DNA from: Candidatus Poribacteria bacterium
GTDB lineage: Bacteria; Poribacteria; WGA-4E; UBA9662
Direction: 5' to 3'
Length of the DNA stretch: 17,489 bases
Assembly (NCBI GenBank): GCA_046582655.1
Contig: JAYGDX010000333.1
Coordinates: 1-17,489 of the forward strand
The position numbers and the translations under genes were made by a program. Below the pieces are notes generated by a model. That model made no database searches. It saw only the letters and a list, made by a program, of their open reading frames with translations, and had not been told where the DNA came from. Of this stretch, positions 17,215 through 17,489 are shown one piece after another; within the stretch, counting starts at the first letter, position 1, and every line of letters starts with the position of its first letter.

Positions 17215-17489
17215 ATGTTTAAAGAGAAACATAAGCAGTTAATTAATGACGGGTTCTGTATTATCGAGGATGTTTTATCTGAATGGCTCCTCAATCAATG
17301 CAGGATAGAGACAGATCGTCTTTGCCAATTAGACCCCGAAGAAAACCGAAAGCGGTTTCAGTCACAGGGCAGTATGCTCTCTGCCATGTCGCATCCAATC
17401 TTTGCCGAACTGATTGCTTGGCAAAAATCTTTTGATGCCTTGATGTCAATGGGGTTTAAGAATCCGACATTTACTGATGGTTACATTAT
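17215..17489 (+). CDS. Phytanoyl-CoA dioxygenase (PhyH)-family Fe(II)/2OG dioxygenase, 5' part (runs off the window)
   Basis: Open frame from ATG 17215: MFKEKHKQLINDGFCIIEDVLSEWLLNQCR..HPIFAELIAW..GYI. The 'qlxxDGfcviedvl' start is typical of PhyH; the catalytic HxD lies beyond the window. Confidence 0.75.
   Translation, partial: MFKEKHKQLINDGFCIIEDVLSEWLLNQCRIETDRLCQLDPEENRKRFQSQGSMLSAMSHPIFAELIAWQKSFDALMSMGFKNPTFTDGYI

Overview
A bacterial window of mostly intact, moderately AT-rich metabolic genes interrupted by a GC-richer, decaying accessory block (~3240-8580). Left flank (+): Zn-dependent MDR dehydrogenase, ThuA-like protein and isochorismatase-family hydrolase. Accessory block: two tandem paralogous secreted proteins with a TIMP/NTR-like OB-fold N-domain and a ConA/DUF1080-like C-domain. 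The first is frameshifted just after its signal peptide; the second has a 10-bp duplication, a nonsense codon and a +1 G. They converge on a minus-strand unit encoding a secreted YVTN beta-propeller/di-heme c-type cytochrome fusion, which has a frameshift and a TGA exactly at the first Cys of its second CxxCH. That gene is bracketed by three small ORFs sharing a C-terminal [IL]D[TV]x2-3PIx[LF]-like motif. Right flank (-): APC permease-USP fusion, DUF1080-like/FG-GAP propeller protein, NRAMP-like transporter, saccharopine dehydrogenase-family enzyme and a TrkA-C remnant, followed by a truncated PhyH dioxygenase (+). The gene mix recalls Poribacteria/PVC-type genomes (inference only). No rRNA, tRNA, CRISPR array, integrase or transposase was seen.
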